Assembly (NCBI GenBank): GCA_963702845.1
Contig: OY969763.1
Span: forward strand, 3,456,001 to 3,520,000
DNA: 64,000 bases
Source of the DNA: an uncultured Verrucomicrobiae bacterium
Lineage (GTDB): Bacteria > Verrucomicrobiota > Verrucomicrobiia > Limisphaerales > Palsa-1400
Direction: 5' to 3'
In this document: positions 27,284-37,097 of the stretch, in pieces
How the letters are laid out: every line of letters begins with the position of its first letter
How positions within the stretch are numbered: the stretch's first letter is position 1
The notes under the pieces: generated by a model
Database searches by the model: none
Told to the model about the DNA's origin: nothing
The model's input: the letters and a program-made list of their open reading frames with translations, nothing else
Position numbers and translations under genes: made by a program

Positions 27284-28662
27284 TGCGCAGCGTTAAGGGT
27301 GTAAGCCTGGCCGTATAGATCAAACCCAAACCGCGCGATAAAGCTGGTCCACACAACCAGGAATCGATCAACCCCGTTCCATGCAACCGTCGGATGCATC
27401 TGCTGACTCACGCGTGTCGTATTCACCAAAAATTCATCTCCGGAAACCTGCGATCCGTTCGCCACAAATCGACCGAACACACCTTCGCGATTACCGTCCT
27501 GTCCAAGGCTCGTCCAAACTGCCATCACACCCGACGGGCAAGCCGCCAGCGCGGGATGATATTGGTCGCCAAAACGGAACGAGTTAATCAGGAATTCATC
27601 GCCGCGCGCAGTCCCCTCCGGATTAAAGGCGCGGCCTTTGATTTCCCAGCTATTGGTTTTGACAATCAAATCACGTTCGCTCCAGGCCGCCATGAAACCG
27701 CCATCGCTCAGACCAACAACAGCCGGGTTCGCGCAAAGATTCACCGACGATGAACTCATCAGAAATTCATCCGTGACCGGCGTGAGGTTCGGCGCGAAAA
27801 TTCGGCCGTAAATGTCAACGCTGTCCAACACGTTGTAGTTCTGCTGTTCAGAAACCCATGTGACAATGAAATTGCCGTTGGCCAATAAAGCCACGGCTGG
27901 AGAACGTCGTCCACCGCGATCACCGCGACTGGAATAGCCCGCGTCGCTAAATTGGTTCACTTCAAACTCATGCGTCGGCGTCAGCAGACCCTTCGCGCTG
28001 ATCTTGCGGGCGAAAATGCCGCTGGGGCAACCATCCTGCCATGCGCTCTGCCAGACGATGATCGCGCAACCGTCATTCAACGCCGCAATCACAGGCGCGG
28101 ACTGCGCATCCTTCAAGTAAGTGTTAACGCGTAAATCCGCAGTGAGCCCGAGATTATTCGTCTTGATCAGGCGCGCATAAATATCCGAGTTGCCTGTCGC
28201 AGTGCTCTGCCAGACGAACAACGTCAATCCATTCGTGGCCAGCAAGGCCGCTTGCGGGTTAAACTGGTTTTGAATTGAAATCGCATTGATCTGCGTCGTC
28301 TTCGGCACGGTCGCAAACGTCGTTCCCGAAAATCGACGCATCCCGATCCCTGAACCATTTCTATCCACACCGTTATCCTCCCAGGTCACCAACCCACCGT
28401 TCGATGTCAGCACCAGATTTGGATGAACTTGATCGCCAGGTATATTACCGAGCACGGAAAATTCGCTTCCCGCTGGAGCAAGGTAGTTACCACTTACATC
28501 TTTTGCCGCAACTGAGCTATCGACAGAGCCGCTAATTGTCGTCGCGGAGAGTCCCGTCAGTAGCGGAGTTGTCTTGGCTTCATCAGCCGAAACTGCTGTC
28601 ACCAAAACAGTGCAAAACCCTAGTAAACACAGGGGTTTTATAGCGCGAAGCAGGAACGACAT
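27280..28662 (-). CDS. Secreted repeat protein with EFxVN(T/Q)...Q..P.VA repeats (beta-propeller-like)
   Basis: Repeats DLRVNTYLKDAQSAPVIA, EFEVNQF...SPAVA, EFLINSFRFGDQYHPALA, EFLVNTTRVSQQMHPTVA; signal peptide from ATG 28662. Confidence 0.8.
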   Translation of the reverse strand: MSFLLRAIKPLCLLGFCTVLVTAVSADEAKTTPLLTGLSATTISGSVDSSVAAKDVSGNYLAPAGSEFSVLGNIPGDQVHPNLVLTSNGGLVTWEDNGVDRNGSGIGMRRFSGTTFATVPKTTQINAISIQNQFNPQAALLATNGLTLFVWQSTATGNSDIYARLIKTNNLGLTADLRVNTYLKDAQSAPVIAALNDGCAIIVWQSAWQDGCPSGIFARKISAKGLLTPTHEFEVNQFSDAGYSSRGDRGGRRSPAVALLANGNFIVTWVSEQQNYNVLDSVDIYGRIFAPNLTPVTDEFLMSSSSVNLCANPAVVGLSDGGFMAAWSERDLIVKTNSWEIKGRAFNPEGTARGDEFLINSFRFGDQYHPALAACPSGVMAVWTSLGQDGNREGVFGRFVANGSQVSGDEFLVNTTRVSQQMHPTVAWNGVDRFLVVWTSFIARFGFDLYGQAYTLNAAQ

Positions 28663-28699
28663 ATCAGTATTTATTTGTATCAAGCTGGGCTCGCGATGT

Positions 28700-29653
28700 C
28701 TATGCATTCTGGTTGAAAAAGTCAGATTTTCTGAGCCGCGCCTGCTCCAGCTCGTGTAATAAAGTGCGAAAGCCCCACCCTTCATAAAGGTGGTGCAAAC
28801 TTTCAAAGTCGACTTCCCGGACCGCTAACTCTTCCACTGGTGGTCCGCATTCGACCTTGTCATTTAATCGCACTAACTCTTGGTTTCGCCGGACTGCCTC
28901 CGCCGAAGATTGCAAGCTCCCCCGTAATCGTTCCGAACTGACTTCGTCGATGCGACGATAAATACCGTCGATCGAACCAAATTGCTTGAGTAACTCACAA
29001 GCAGTCTTTGGGCCAACACCCGGCACTCCGGGGATGTTGTCCACCGTGTCACCAATTAAGGCAAGCCAGTCCACGATTTGTTCAGGTTCCACGCCACTTT
29101 TCGCGCGGACATGTTCCCTGCCCCACAACGGCTGCTCTTTGTCAGTCGGGATATGCAGCCAGACATGGTCACTGACTAACTGCATGAAATCTTTATCAGA
29201 ACTGGCGATAACTACTTCATAACCGCCGGCACTCGCCCTCTTCGTCATTGCTGCAATGCAGTCGTCCGCCTCACAACCGTCTTTGACGTAAGAGCCAACG
29301 TTAGAAGCTTTCAGCCACGCGACAATTTGATCGAGCTGCTGCTCCATCTCCGAAGGCATCTCCTTGCGCTGTTGCTTGTATTGCGGCAGCAACGTCATTC
29401 GTTCGGCGGCGTTGCCACCATCCCACATCACCAACAAATGCGTCGGACGAACTATCTCCTGGATTTTCGTCAGCATTCGAATGAACCCATAAATGGCGTT
29501 CGTCGGCTGTCCAGTCGGAGAATTCAGTCTGCGAATCGCGTAAAATGCGCGATAGGCGTAGGAATGGCCGTCCACCAATAACAATCGCGACCGCCCTGCT
29601 GGCAGGACGGGCACCTGGGCTTGCGCCTCAGTTTGTTGCGATTTACTTGGCAT
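28700..29653 (-). CDS. Stand-alone 5'-3' exonuclease / flap endonuclease (PolA N-terminal PIN + H3TH domains)
   Basis: LLVDGHSYAYRAFYA, PTNAIYGF, EADDCIA, SDKDFMQL, GDTVDNIPGVPGVGPKTA; no polymerase domain. Confidence 0.92.
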   Translation of the reverse strand: MPSKSQQTEAQAQVPVLPAGRSRLLLVDGHSYAYRAFYAIRRLNSPTGQPTNAIYGFIRMLTKIQEIVRPTHLLVMWDGGNAAERMTLLPQYKQQRKEMPSEMEQQLDQIVAWLKASNVGSYVKDGCEADDCIAAMTKRASAGGYEVVIASSDKDFMQLVSDHVWLHIPTDKEQPLWGREHVRAKSGVEPEQIVDWLALIGDTVDNIPGVPGVGPKTACELLKQFGSIDGIYRRIDEVSSERLRGSLQSSAEAVRRNQELVRLNDKVECGPPVEELAVREVDFESLHHLYEGWGFRTLLHELEQARLRKSDFFNQNA

Positions 29654-29673
29654 GGCGAATTTACCTTCTTTGG

Positions 29674-29700
29674 GTAGGGCGCGTCGCTCCGCGCGCGCCG
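29674..29700 (+). repeat. GTAG-type REP-like palindrome
   Basis: GTAG followed by ggcgcgtcgctccgcgcgcgcc, an imperfect hairpin, in the intergenic gap. Confidence 0.5.
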
Positions 29701-29750
29701 CTTCTTCAGCCTTCAGCCTTCAGCTTTCAGACTTCTTCCTTCTGCCGCCG

Positions 29751-32450
29751 TTATGGATTCCCAGGCGCCGGTTGCGGCGGAATCTGAGTGCGCGCAAAAG
29801 GCATCTCTTCATCCGTGTGCAAACGATTACCAGCGGGATCAATCAGGGTCGGCGTTACAAATACGAGCAGGTTTTTCTTGCTGCTTTCGTTCGACTCACT
29901 GCGGAACAGGCGGCCGAAGAACGGCAGATCGCCCAGGACCGGCACTTTGTCTTTAATCTTGCGAATATCTTCGGAAATCAATCCGCCGAGCACAACCGTC
30001 TGACCGTCCCACACATTGCAGGTCGTCACCACTTGGCGCACGCGCAAGCGTGGCAGCGGCAATACTGCAGTCAACGGAATACCAACAGTTGATCCACCGA
30101 CCGATTGCGCCTGCGGCACGAATTGTCCCGGATTGTCGTAACCAAGGAATTCGGTAAACGTCGGGATCATGACCATCTGGATCGAGTAACCATCAGCCGA
30201 AACCGTAGGCATGACATCCAACGTCGGACCGAATGGCAACTGGTCGGTCGAAAACGTAATCGAACTCGCAACGACACCAACGCTAGCAGTGCTGTTGTTG
30301 TTCGCCGCGCCGGAACCACCAGCCGTCTGGCTGAGATCGACACCGGTAACAATCTGCACGAGGTCCAACACTGAAATGTGTGCCTGACGTCCGCTCAACG
30401 TCGTCACTTTTGGTGCCGACAGCAGGTCAGCTCCTGAACGTTGTTCAATCGCGCGAATCACCACACGAAATTGCGGGTCAGTCAAAATACCAGTGATCGT
30501 TCCTATTGCCGGAACGTTGTTGTTATTGCCAACGGTCTGTCGCAATCCCGCTGTCAGCAACTGGTCAGAGGCAGAGGTTCCAATCGCGCCCGCTCCAGGA
30601 ATAAACGTTCCATTTCCGAGAGGAATACCGCCACCGGGGAAGATTCCGCTTGGATTTGCCGTTGTTGGGTTGCCTTGGAAGGAGGGCGCTGTGCCAGCTT
30701 GTAAACCAATGCTACCACCAGCAGTCGTGGTGTTTCCCAGGAACCAATCAAAGCCCAGAGCTCTGCTGTCATCCTGGGTCATTTCCGCGAACTTCGATTC
30801 AATCGTCAATTGCGGCGGCGCCTGGTTCAACATTTCAACCGCGGCCTCAATGATCTCCAGGTCCTGCAACGATCCGCGAACCAGAAGCAAACCAGTGCGG
30901 TCGTTGAAAAACACGCTCTTGCCCGGATCGGTCAACGTCACGCCTGCAGCCGTAAAATAAGCACGAACCATTTCATGCAACGTCTGCGTGTTGTTCGTGT
31001 GTGTCACAAAATTAATTCCAACGCCTTGACCAACCCCACCACTTTGACCACCACGGCCGCCCCCTTGCGACGCGGCCAGTCCAATGCTCGGAATTTCAAC
31101 TGTTGGCGAACTATTTTGGCCACCACCACCGCTGCTGCGGCCACCGCCCTTGCCGCCGCCGCCACCTTGACCAAAGTTACTCAAGTCCAGCAAGCGAACG
31201 CTTTCCAAACCTTGAATGAACGTATTCGGGTCAACGTGAAATTGTTTGCTATACAGGGCCACCGCTTCCGGCGGGCGCGGCGCAAAAACAACCGCATAGT
31301 CTTCGATCGTATATTTAATCGGAACGTCGGCAACCTTCGTGATCGCATCCAACACATCCGCCAACGTGACATCGTTCAACGGCGGAGAAATCTTAATCGT
31401 CACCTGGCTCAGATCGACTGTCGTCGGAGCAGCAGCCAAGGGCGCGGGCGTCGTTCCCGGAGGCGCGTTTACATCTGGCCCGGGCCCGGCACTCACGCCA
31501 GCATCGCTGTGCGGGTTGATCAGGAAGTTAATACCCCTCTGGTCGGGATCACGCTTCTTGGATTCATCGCGCAGGGTCTTGAGCACTTCACTCAAAGGCA
31601 AGTCGTAGCTGACTTCGTTAAGGTGAATTTGGTCGAGCTTGGCTAAAATATTTTGACGGCCTTTCGTCGTATAGACGAGGTTCGTGCGAGCCATCGGATT
31701 GGCGATCCCAAGGCCTTCAGACTTATGGCTGGGCAACCAGGAGGCTTCCACCGAAAGCACGCGTTCCTTTTCATATTCCTCACGTGCTGACGCTCGGTTG
31801 CGATACGTCGCTTCTTTAATCAGGTCCAGATAGTAATAGGCCGCCTTGTTATTCGGCTCAATCGCGATAGCTGCTTTCAGCTCAACTTCCGCTTCCTTCA
31901 AACGCCCCATTTCATAAAGCAGTTTTCCGTTTTGAACTTTGGTCGAAACATCAATCTGCCGTTGTTGCTCCTCGGGGATTTTCTTCAGGACATCGACACT
32001 GGGACGGGTGCCGCGGCTCTCCTCGACATCGCGATCGAGCTCCAGCTTCATCCGCCGCAAACTTTCATTCTGCGGCGCGACCTTCACAGCCGCATCCATT
32101 TGGACCTTCGCTTCCACTAAATCGCCGTTCTTGCGCGCACGATTCGATAATTCCACACGCATCCGCACCAAACCGTCGATTGCCGCCGCCTTATCCGCAT
32201 TAGCGCGCGGATCATTGGCCACGGAATATGGAATCAGGGCAACCGCTTCCTGGTAAGCCTTTGCAGCGTCAACAACACGGTGCTTATTCTCAGCCTCGCA
32301 GGCTTCGATCACTTTCTGGTGAAGGCGGATAGTTGCTTCCTGGCGCTTCACTGCTTCATCTTCCGCGATGGTGGCGGCGTCCTGCGCGCGCAAGCCGGAA
32401 GCAACGATAAGTACTGTCAATAGAACAATTAATTTGGCTGCGTCTCTCAT
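29751..32450 (-). CDS. Outer-membrane secretin (GspD/PilQ family, Amuc_1098-like) with N-terminal TPR region
   Basis: APKVTTLSGRQA, VWDGQTVVLGGLI, DKVPVLGDLPFFGRLFRSE, KKNLLVFVTPTLID; TPR segment GKLLYEMGRLKEAEVELKAAIAIEPNN; signal peptide from ATG 32450. Confidence 0.92.
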   Translation of the reverse strand: MRDAAKLIVLLTVLIVASGLRAQDAATIAEDEAVKRQEATIRLHQKVIEACEAENKHRVVDAAKAYQEAVALIPYSVANDPRANADKAAAIDGLVRMRVELSNRARKNGDLVEAKVQMDAAVKVAPQNESLRRMKLELDRDVEESRGTRPSVDVLKKIPEEQQRQIDVSTKVQNGKLLYEMGRLKEAEVELKAAIAIEPNNKAAYYYLDLIKEATYRNRASAREEYEKERVLSVEASWLPSHKSEGLGIANPMARTNLVYTTKGRQNILAKLDQIHLNEVSYDLPLSEVLKTLRDESKKRDPDQRGINFLINPHSDAGVSAGPGPDVNAPPGTTPAPLAAAPTTVDLSQVTIKISPPLNDVTLADVLDAITKVADVPIKYTIEDYAVVFAPRPPEAVALYSKQFHVDPNTFIQGLESVRLLDLSNFGQGGGGGKGGGRSSGGGGQNSSPTVEIPSIGLAASQGGGRGGQSGGVGQGVGINFVTHTNNTQTLHEMVRAYFTAAGVTLTDPGKSVFFNDRTGLLLVRGSLQDLEIIEAAVEMLNQAPPQLTIESKFAEMTQDDSRALGFDWFLGNTTTAGGSIGLQAGTAPSFQGNPTTANPSGIFPGGGIPLGNGTFIPGAGAIGTSASDQLLTAGLRQTVGNNNNVPAIGTITGILTDPQFRVVIRAIEQRSGADLLSAPKVTTLSGRQAHISVLDLVQIVTGVDLSQTAGGSGAANNNSTASVGVVASSITFSTDQLPFGPTLDVMPTVSADGYSIQMVMIPTFTEFLGYDNPGQFVPQAQSVGGSTVGIPLTAVLPLPRLRVRQVVTTCNVWDGQTVVLGGLISEDIRKIKDKVPVLGDLPFFGRLFRSESNESSKKNLLVFVTPTLIDPAGNRLHTDEEMPFARTQIPPQPAPGNP

Positions 32451-32485
32451 GGTTTTAATGGGAGTTTTGGAAAGCGAGATGGTTG

Positions 32486-33277
32486 TCAGGGTGTGGTTGC
32501 GCCGGTCCAATTTATGGTTGTTTGTTTGCCGTTCGATTCGGCCGAGACTCTAACGGCATTCTTACTGATAGCAATAACTTTGTAAGTCTCTCCAGCAAGC
32601 GTAAATGTGTCACCTACATGCTTGTTCTTCAGACTTAGATTTGGCTCGGGTGGATAGGTCAAATCGACCACGTAACCGTCCACTTTTTGGAACGGCACGG
32701 TCTTGGTTACAGCTATCAATTCTTGCGTGTCGAGCATTTCAATTGAGAACTCCGTCGGATCTTCCGGAGCACCTTTGATGCCCATCAGCGTAAATACCGG
32801 CTGTCCGGTAACTTTCGCCGTCTCTTTGACGTGCAGATAGACGTTGTGTTTCTTGCCCGATTCCTTCTGGTAATAGAAGTAATAACCAGTCCCCGCCGCC
32901 CGGTCGAACGCCACTGTCAAATACAGAGGACGGATATCTTTCGCAACTAACGCGTCCGGACCTTCCACGTAAATCTTCACAAACGTATTGCTCGAAGTCA
33001 GCTTCCACGTCACCGGATTGAACAGGTTGTGGTATTCAGGTGGCGTCCCACGACCCAGTTTCACTTCCACTGGTTGCTTCAACTGTTCCAATGCATTTGA
33101 TTGCGAAGTGAAATCCGCCGCCTTCCACGGTCTGTTCGGTGGTTCGCTACCGGCCTGCACATTGATGGTTTCCTGCGCCGAGCTGATCATCTTCGGCAGC
33201 CACACCGCCACGCCGAGCAGGCACAGCAGCACCACGCTCATGATGATCTTTTCGTAATGTCTCTTAATGAATTCCAT
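32486..33277 (-). CDS. Amuc_1099-like pilus/secretion system protein (PilP/GspC-position component)
   Basis: MEFIKRHYEKII followed by one TM helix; lies between the Amuc_1100-like gene and the secretin. Confidence 0.7.
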   Translation of the reverse strand: MEFIKRHYEKIIMSVVLLCLLGVAVWLPKMISSAQETINVQAGSEPPNRPWKAADFTSQSNALEQLKQPVEVKLGRGTPPEYHNLFNPVTWKLTSSNTFVKIYVEGPDALVAKDIRPLYLTVAFDRAAGTGYYFYYQKESGKKHNVYLHVKETAKVTGQPVFTLMGIKGAPEDPTEFSIEMLDTQELIAVTKTVPFQKVDGYVVDLTYPPEPNLSLKNKHVGDTFTLAGETYKVIAISKNAVRVSAESNGKQTTINWTGATTP

Positions 33278-33290
33278 TTAACGAGCGCGG

Positions 33291-34268
33291 CTACGGTTTC
33301 ACGGGTTTAAGTTGAATGGCGTCCACCACCAACGTCACAAACAACGGTTTCTCACGAATAACGGTCACTGGACCTGACGGACCTGCTGCACGAGGCCCAT
33401 ACACCGGCGCTGCCGGAGTGGGCGTCGGCGCTCCGCCACCACCCGGACCATATCGCTCCGCCATGGTCAGCGGCCTTTGCGCCGCCGGTGACGGATACCG
33501 TGACTGAGCTTGTGGTGGCTGATAGCCAGGCGTCGCTCCCTGCGCTTGCGCCTTCGACGCCGCCACAACCACACTTTTCACAATGTAACAATTCGTCGAC
33601 GTAATAAACCCTTCCAATACCTGCGACAATTCGCGCGTGAAACAAACGAAACTGAGTTGATAAGGTGCAATCACACCAAGTTGATTCGTCACCCACGTCG
33701 TCTGCAGAAAATCAGTGCCGCCCTGATCGCAGGGATACACCGGCACTCGCTGAATTCCGTCCAGCTCATTGACGTGCGCGCGATAAATAATGTCCAAAAT
33801 TCCCTGCATCTCATTGAACTGCTCCAGCCAACTCGGAATGCAATTGGTCGGGAACGCCAATTGCCCCGTCAGTCCCGAAAACGAAAACGCATACTGCGGA
33901 TCCGGAAGTTTCACCGCCACCGTCTTCGCACCCGTTTGCCATTGCGCAATGTGCCGGCTCAACTCCGCGGCAAACATCTTCTCATCCATCGCCGGCACTG
34001 CCGGGAACGGCGCGAACACCGTTTGAAATTGTCCAAGCAAACCGCGCATCTGCGCCGCTTCAGCCTTCGCCGCGTCAATGTTGTCCGGCGTCGGATACGG
34101 ATTCATATTCCGCAATCCGGTCAATTCGTTCATCACGGAATCGAAATCGTCTTTGACCGCCTTGTCTTCCGACATGCTGTTGGTCAACGAATACCCAGCC
34201 CATCCGGCCAGCAGCAACCCCACCACTGCCGTGATCACAAAAATCAGATTGCGTTTGATCCAGAGCAT
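33291..34268 (-). CDS. Amuc_1100-like pilus-system protein (PilO-like)
   Basis: MLWIKRNLIF, N-terminal TM, coiled coil, PYQLSFVCFTRELSQVL ferredoxin-like segment; 1-bp overlap with pilM. Confidence 0.75.
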   Translation of the reverse strand: MLWIKRNLIFVITAVVGLLLAGWAGYSLTNSMSEDKAVKDDFDSVMNELTGLRNMNPYPTPDNIDAAKAEAAQMRGLLGQFQTVFAPFPAVPAMDEKMFAAELSRHIAQWQTGAKTVAVKLPDPQYAFSFSGLTGQLAFPTNCIPSWLEQFNEMQGILDIIYRAHVNELDGIQRVPVYPCDQGGTDFLQTTWVTNQLGVIAPYQLSFVCFTRELSQVLEGFITSTNCYIVKSVVVAASKAQAQGATPGYQPPQAQSRYPSPAAQRPLTMAERYGPGGGGAPTPTPAAPVYGPRAAGPSGPVTVIREKPLFVTLVVDAIQLKPVKP

Positions 34269-36130
34269 TACAATTTTGCTGGTTTCTTCAGGTTAACCGT
34301 CACCGTAAAAGTGAACGTGTTCGTCGACTCATCCTTCTTCCGCTCAAGCGTCCCGAGTTGGATCGGCGGCGCGAAAAACGGGCTGGCCCTCAATTCATCC
34401 TGTACTTGGTATGCCAGGGCGGAGTTCGCGACTTCCAGCGGTTGGTCCACCGCCCGGCAACGGAACGTCACGGAAGATATTTCATTCGCGTTCCCACCAC
34501 CCGGAGCACCTGCCGGTGGCGCTTGCGGCGCTGGCGTCGAAGAACGTTCCGCTATTCCGTAGCGCGCTGCGTTACCCATAACCGCAGAATTGCCACCGCC
34601 ACCGCCACCAGGATTGTCTGCCGCGCCTGCGACGAACGGCGTGCCATTCGGATAAATCGGGGAAAATTCTTCAACCCACACACCAACCTCGAGATTCGGC
34701 GCGTTGGTTTTCATCGCCGCCTTCGTCTTCAATTCCGATTGCAACATCACCCGGCGCAATTCCATCAAAAGTTTGGCCCAATACTCGCGATCCTCACCCA
34801 AACCGCCCAATTGATTCCCCTGCTCTTGCAGCATTCTGGTGTCACCCATCGCCGCTTTCAATTCACCAGCTTTTTGCTTCAGGGGCCCGAGTGAAGCGCG
34901 CAATTCTTCCAGCTTGTTCTTGCGCAACGTCACGATATGCGATTCCGCCCACCACACCGCAAACACCATCAACGCCAGCGCGTAAACAGCCGCGATAAAG
35001 AACGGCTTCTTCTGCGAAAATTCCTGCCGCTGAATCGAGCTTTTCGGCATCAGGTTCAGTTCCACCGGGCAATGCGCCAGGTCGCGCAATCCCAAGCCAA
35101 CTACTTCACCAAACGAATGGGCGTATTTTGAAAGGTCTTCCAGATCGATCGTCGGATCGATTTCGATATTCCGGAACGGATTGAAATACTCGACTGACAA
35201 ATTCAGCTTCTCAGCAAAAAATTGCGCCGTGTAAGGCATGATCGACGCGCCGCCCGACAGGAACAACTGCTGCGGCGCTGCCCCGCCCTGTTGTCCGCGG
35301 TAAAATTGAATCGTCTGATTAACCTGAATGTGCAAACGCGTCATCACCTGACGCGCAATCTTGGAAATAGCCGCCGCCTGCGGATCATCAGGCTCTTCGT
35401 AAGCACCACCGAGACTCACAAATCCCTTGTCGACCTTCACCGCTTCCGCTTCTGCAAATTTCAGCTTCGCTTCATTGCCAAACTCCTGCGTGATCGCGTT
35501 CGCGCCGATATTGATACTGCGCGAATACACCTTGCCCTTCTCGAAAAACAGCAAGTTACTCGTCTTCGCCCCGATATCCAAAAGCATCGTGCAACCTTCG
35601 AGATCGCCGTAATTATATCGGAACGCATTGCACAGCGCTGCCGGCGAAACGTCCACCAGCTTCAACTTCAAACCAGCCCCTTCCGCAACGCGGAACAGAC
35701 CTTCCACAATCTCCGCCTTCACCGCCACCAGCAACACTTCCAACTCATTCGTCGGCGACGTTCCAAGAATCTGGTAATCCCAGACAACTTCTTCCAGCGG
35801 AAACGGAACGTTTTGCTGCGCTTCGTAACGGATAATCTGCGTGACCTTCGAAGTATCTACCGGCGGCAGCTTGACGAACTTGGAAAAAACGTGAAAACCC
35901 GGCGCGCAAACATTGATCTGTTTTGCTCCAAAACTTTTTTCGGAAAGCACTTCCTTCAGTGCAGTCAGAATTGCAGCCTCGCGCGTGGACTCTTGCGCGC
36001 CCTCGGCGCCGAGCGGTTTGATGGCATATTGCTTAAGGCGCAATCCACCGGCTTCGTTCGGTTCGAATTCTGCCAGCTTTAGACTGCCCGCCCCAAAGTC
36101 AACTGCCAGGAATGATTTCGTGTTGAGCAT
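34268..36130 (-). CDS. pilM: Type IV pilus assembly PilM-like ATPase fused to a PilN-like C-terminus (Amuc_1101-like)
   Basis: LAVDFGAGSLKLAEF, YEAQQNVPFPLEEVVWDYQ, LLDIGAKTS, LFLSGGAS, VGLGLR; then ELNLMP, TM and coiled coil. Confidence 0.9.
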   Translation of the reverse strand: MLNTKSFLAVDFGAGSLKLAEFEPNEAGGLRLKQYAIKPLGAEGAQESTREAAILTALKEVLSEKSFGAKQINVCAPGFHVFSKFVKLPPVDTSKVTQIIRYEAQQNVPFPLEEVVWDYQILGTSPTNELEVLLVAVKAEIVEGLFRVAEGAGLKLKLVDVSPAALCNAFRYNYGDLEGCTMLLDIGAKTSNLLFFEKGKVYSRSINIGANAITQEFGNEAKLKFAEAEAVKVDKGFVSLGGAYEEPDDPQAAAISKIARQVMTRLHIQVNQTIQFYRGQQGGAAPQQLFLSGGASIMPYTAQFFAEKLNLSVEYFNPFRNIEIDPTIDLEDLSKYAHSFGEVVGLGLRDLAHCPVELNLMPKSSIQRQEFSQKKPFFIAAVYALALMVFAVWWAESHIVTLRKNKLEELRASLGPLKQKAGELKAAMGDTRMLQEQGNQLGGLGEDREYWAKLLMELRRVMLQSELKTKAAMKTNAPNLEVGVWVEEFSPIYPNGTPFVAGAADNPGGGGGGNSAVMGNAARYGIAERSSTPAPQAPPAGAPGGGNANEISSVTFRCRAVDQPLEVANSALAYQVQDELRASPFFAPPIQLGTLERKKDESTNTFTFTVTVNLKKPAKL

Positions 36131-36638
36131 TGAATTTCGTGCAGCGGTTTATTCGACCGCGGTGTTCGCCTGCCACGTGCCATCCCGCTCAACTGTGTTA
36201 TCTCGTCGCATTGAATTGAAAAAGTCCGTCGCTAGTTACAGAAATTCGCTCTACCGGTCAATCGTTTTGATAAAACTTTTGTGTCTCAAGTGTCCGTTTT
36301 AGCTAAACACATGCCAGCAACGAACTTTCGTTCAGTCGGCACGAATGCTGTGACGCGCGCCAGAGTGTCCCAATTGGCCGCACCTGCAATAAAAAAATTT
36401 TCAATCAGGTTTTTGCGGAACGTAAACTCCACCTTTCCCGCATCATTTCCACGCATTATGCGTGAATTTTCCGCAATCCATCAACAGCGTAATGGTCTAG
36501 GACTCACCCTCATATAGTGACCCTCCTCAAAAATTAGAGAAAAAAGTCGTATAATGGGAATGAACCAGCTCGGATTTCCGGTTTTCCGATCCACGTGCCG
36601 TTTCTCATTCCATCAACTCAATGCTATCTTTTTGACAG

Positions 36639-37097
36639 ATGAACGCCGAACTCTATGCCCTCGTGCAATCGGCCGTTGCGGTGGTGCTCGGCGGAGTCGT
36701 TGGATGGGAACGCGAACGCGCCAGCAAAGGAGCAGGCCTGCGCACTCATATGCTTGTCTGTCTGGCCGCGACGGTTTTCATGAGAGTCGGCGATTTTCTC
36801 ATGATTCACGCCAACGCGACTCAGGACCATGTCACCTTGCGCACCGACCCTATTCCGCTCATCAGCGCGATAGTCACCGGTGTGTCTTTCCTTGGAGCCG
36901 GAACAATTTTCCGCGACCGCAACGTGCATAGGGCTCACGGCTTAACCACCGCCGCCTCCCTGCTCGTCGTTGCAACCATCGGCATCTCGATCGCTCTTGA
37001 GCGTTATATTTTAGCAACCGGAATCACCATTCTCGCTCTTATTGTGTTGCGAGTATTTCTGGCCCTCGAACGTAAACAGATTCCAACTACTGAATGA
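36639..37097 (+). CDS. MgtC/SapB family membrane protein
   Basis: LGGVVGWERE...AGLRTHMLV, IVTGVSFLGAGTIF, GLTTAASL. Confidence 0.92.
   Translation: MNAELYALVQSAVAVVLGGVVGWERERASKGAGLRTHMLVCLAATVFMRVGDFLMIHANATQDHVTLRTDPIPLISAIVTGVSFLGAGTIFRDRNVHRAHGLTTAASLLVVATIGISIALERYILATGITILALIVLRVFLALERKQIPTTE

Noticed and set aside
28663..28806. Longer start for ORF 27280-28806
   Set aside because: Overlaps the exonuclease 3' end; the signal peptide begins at ATG 28662
24583..36082. Long plus-strand ORFs (24583-25494, 30810-31646, 33510-34562, 35222-36082)
   Set aside because: Antisense to well-supported minus-strand genes; Arg/His-rich shadow composition
36131..36638. Riboswitch/ncRNA or clear promoter in the pilM-mgtC divergent gap
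   Set aside because: Only a weak TTGACC-N17-TAACTA match on the minus strand; no convincing structure; the short ORFs look spurious
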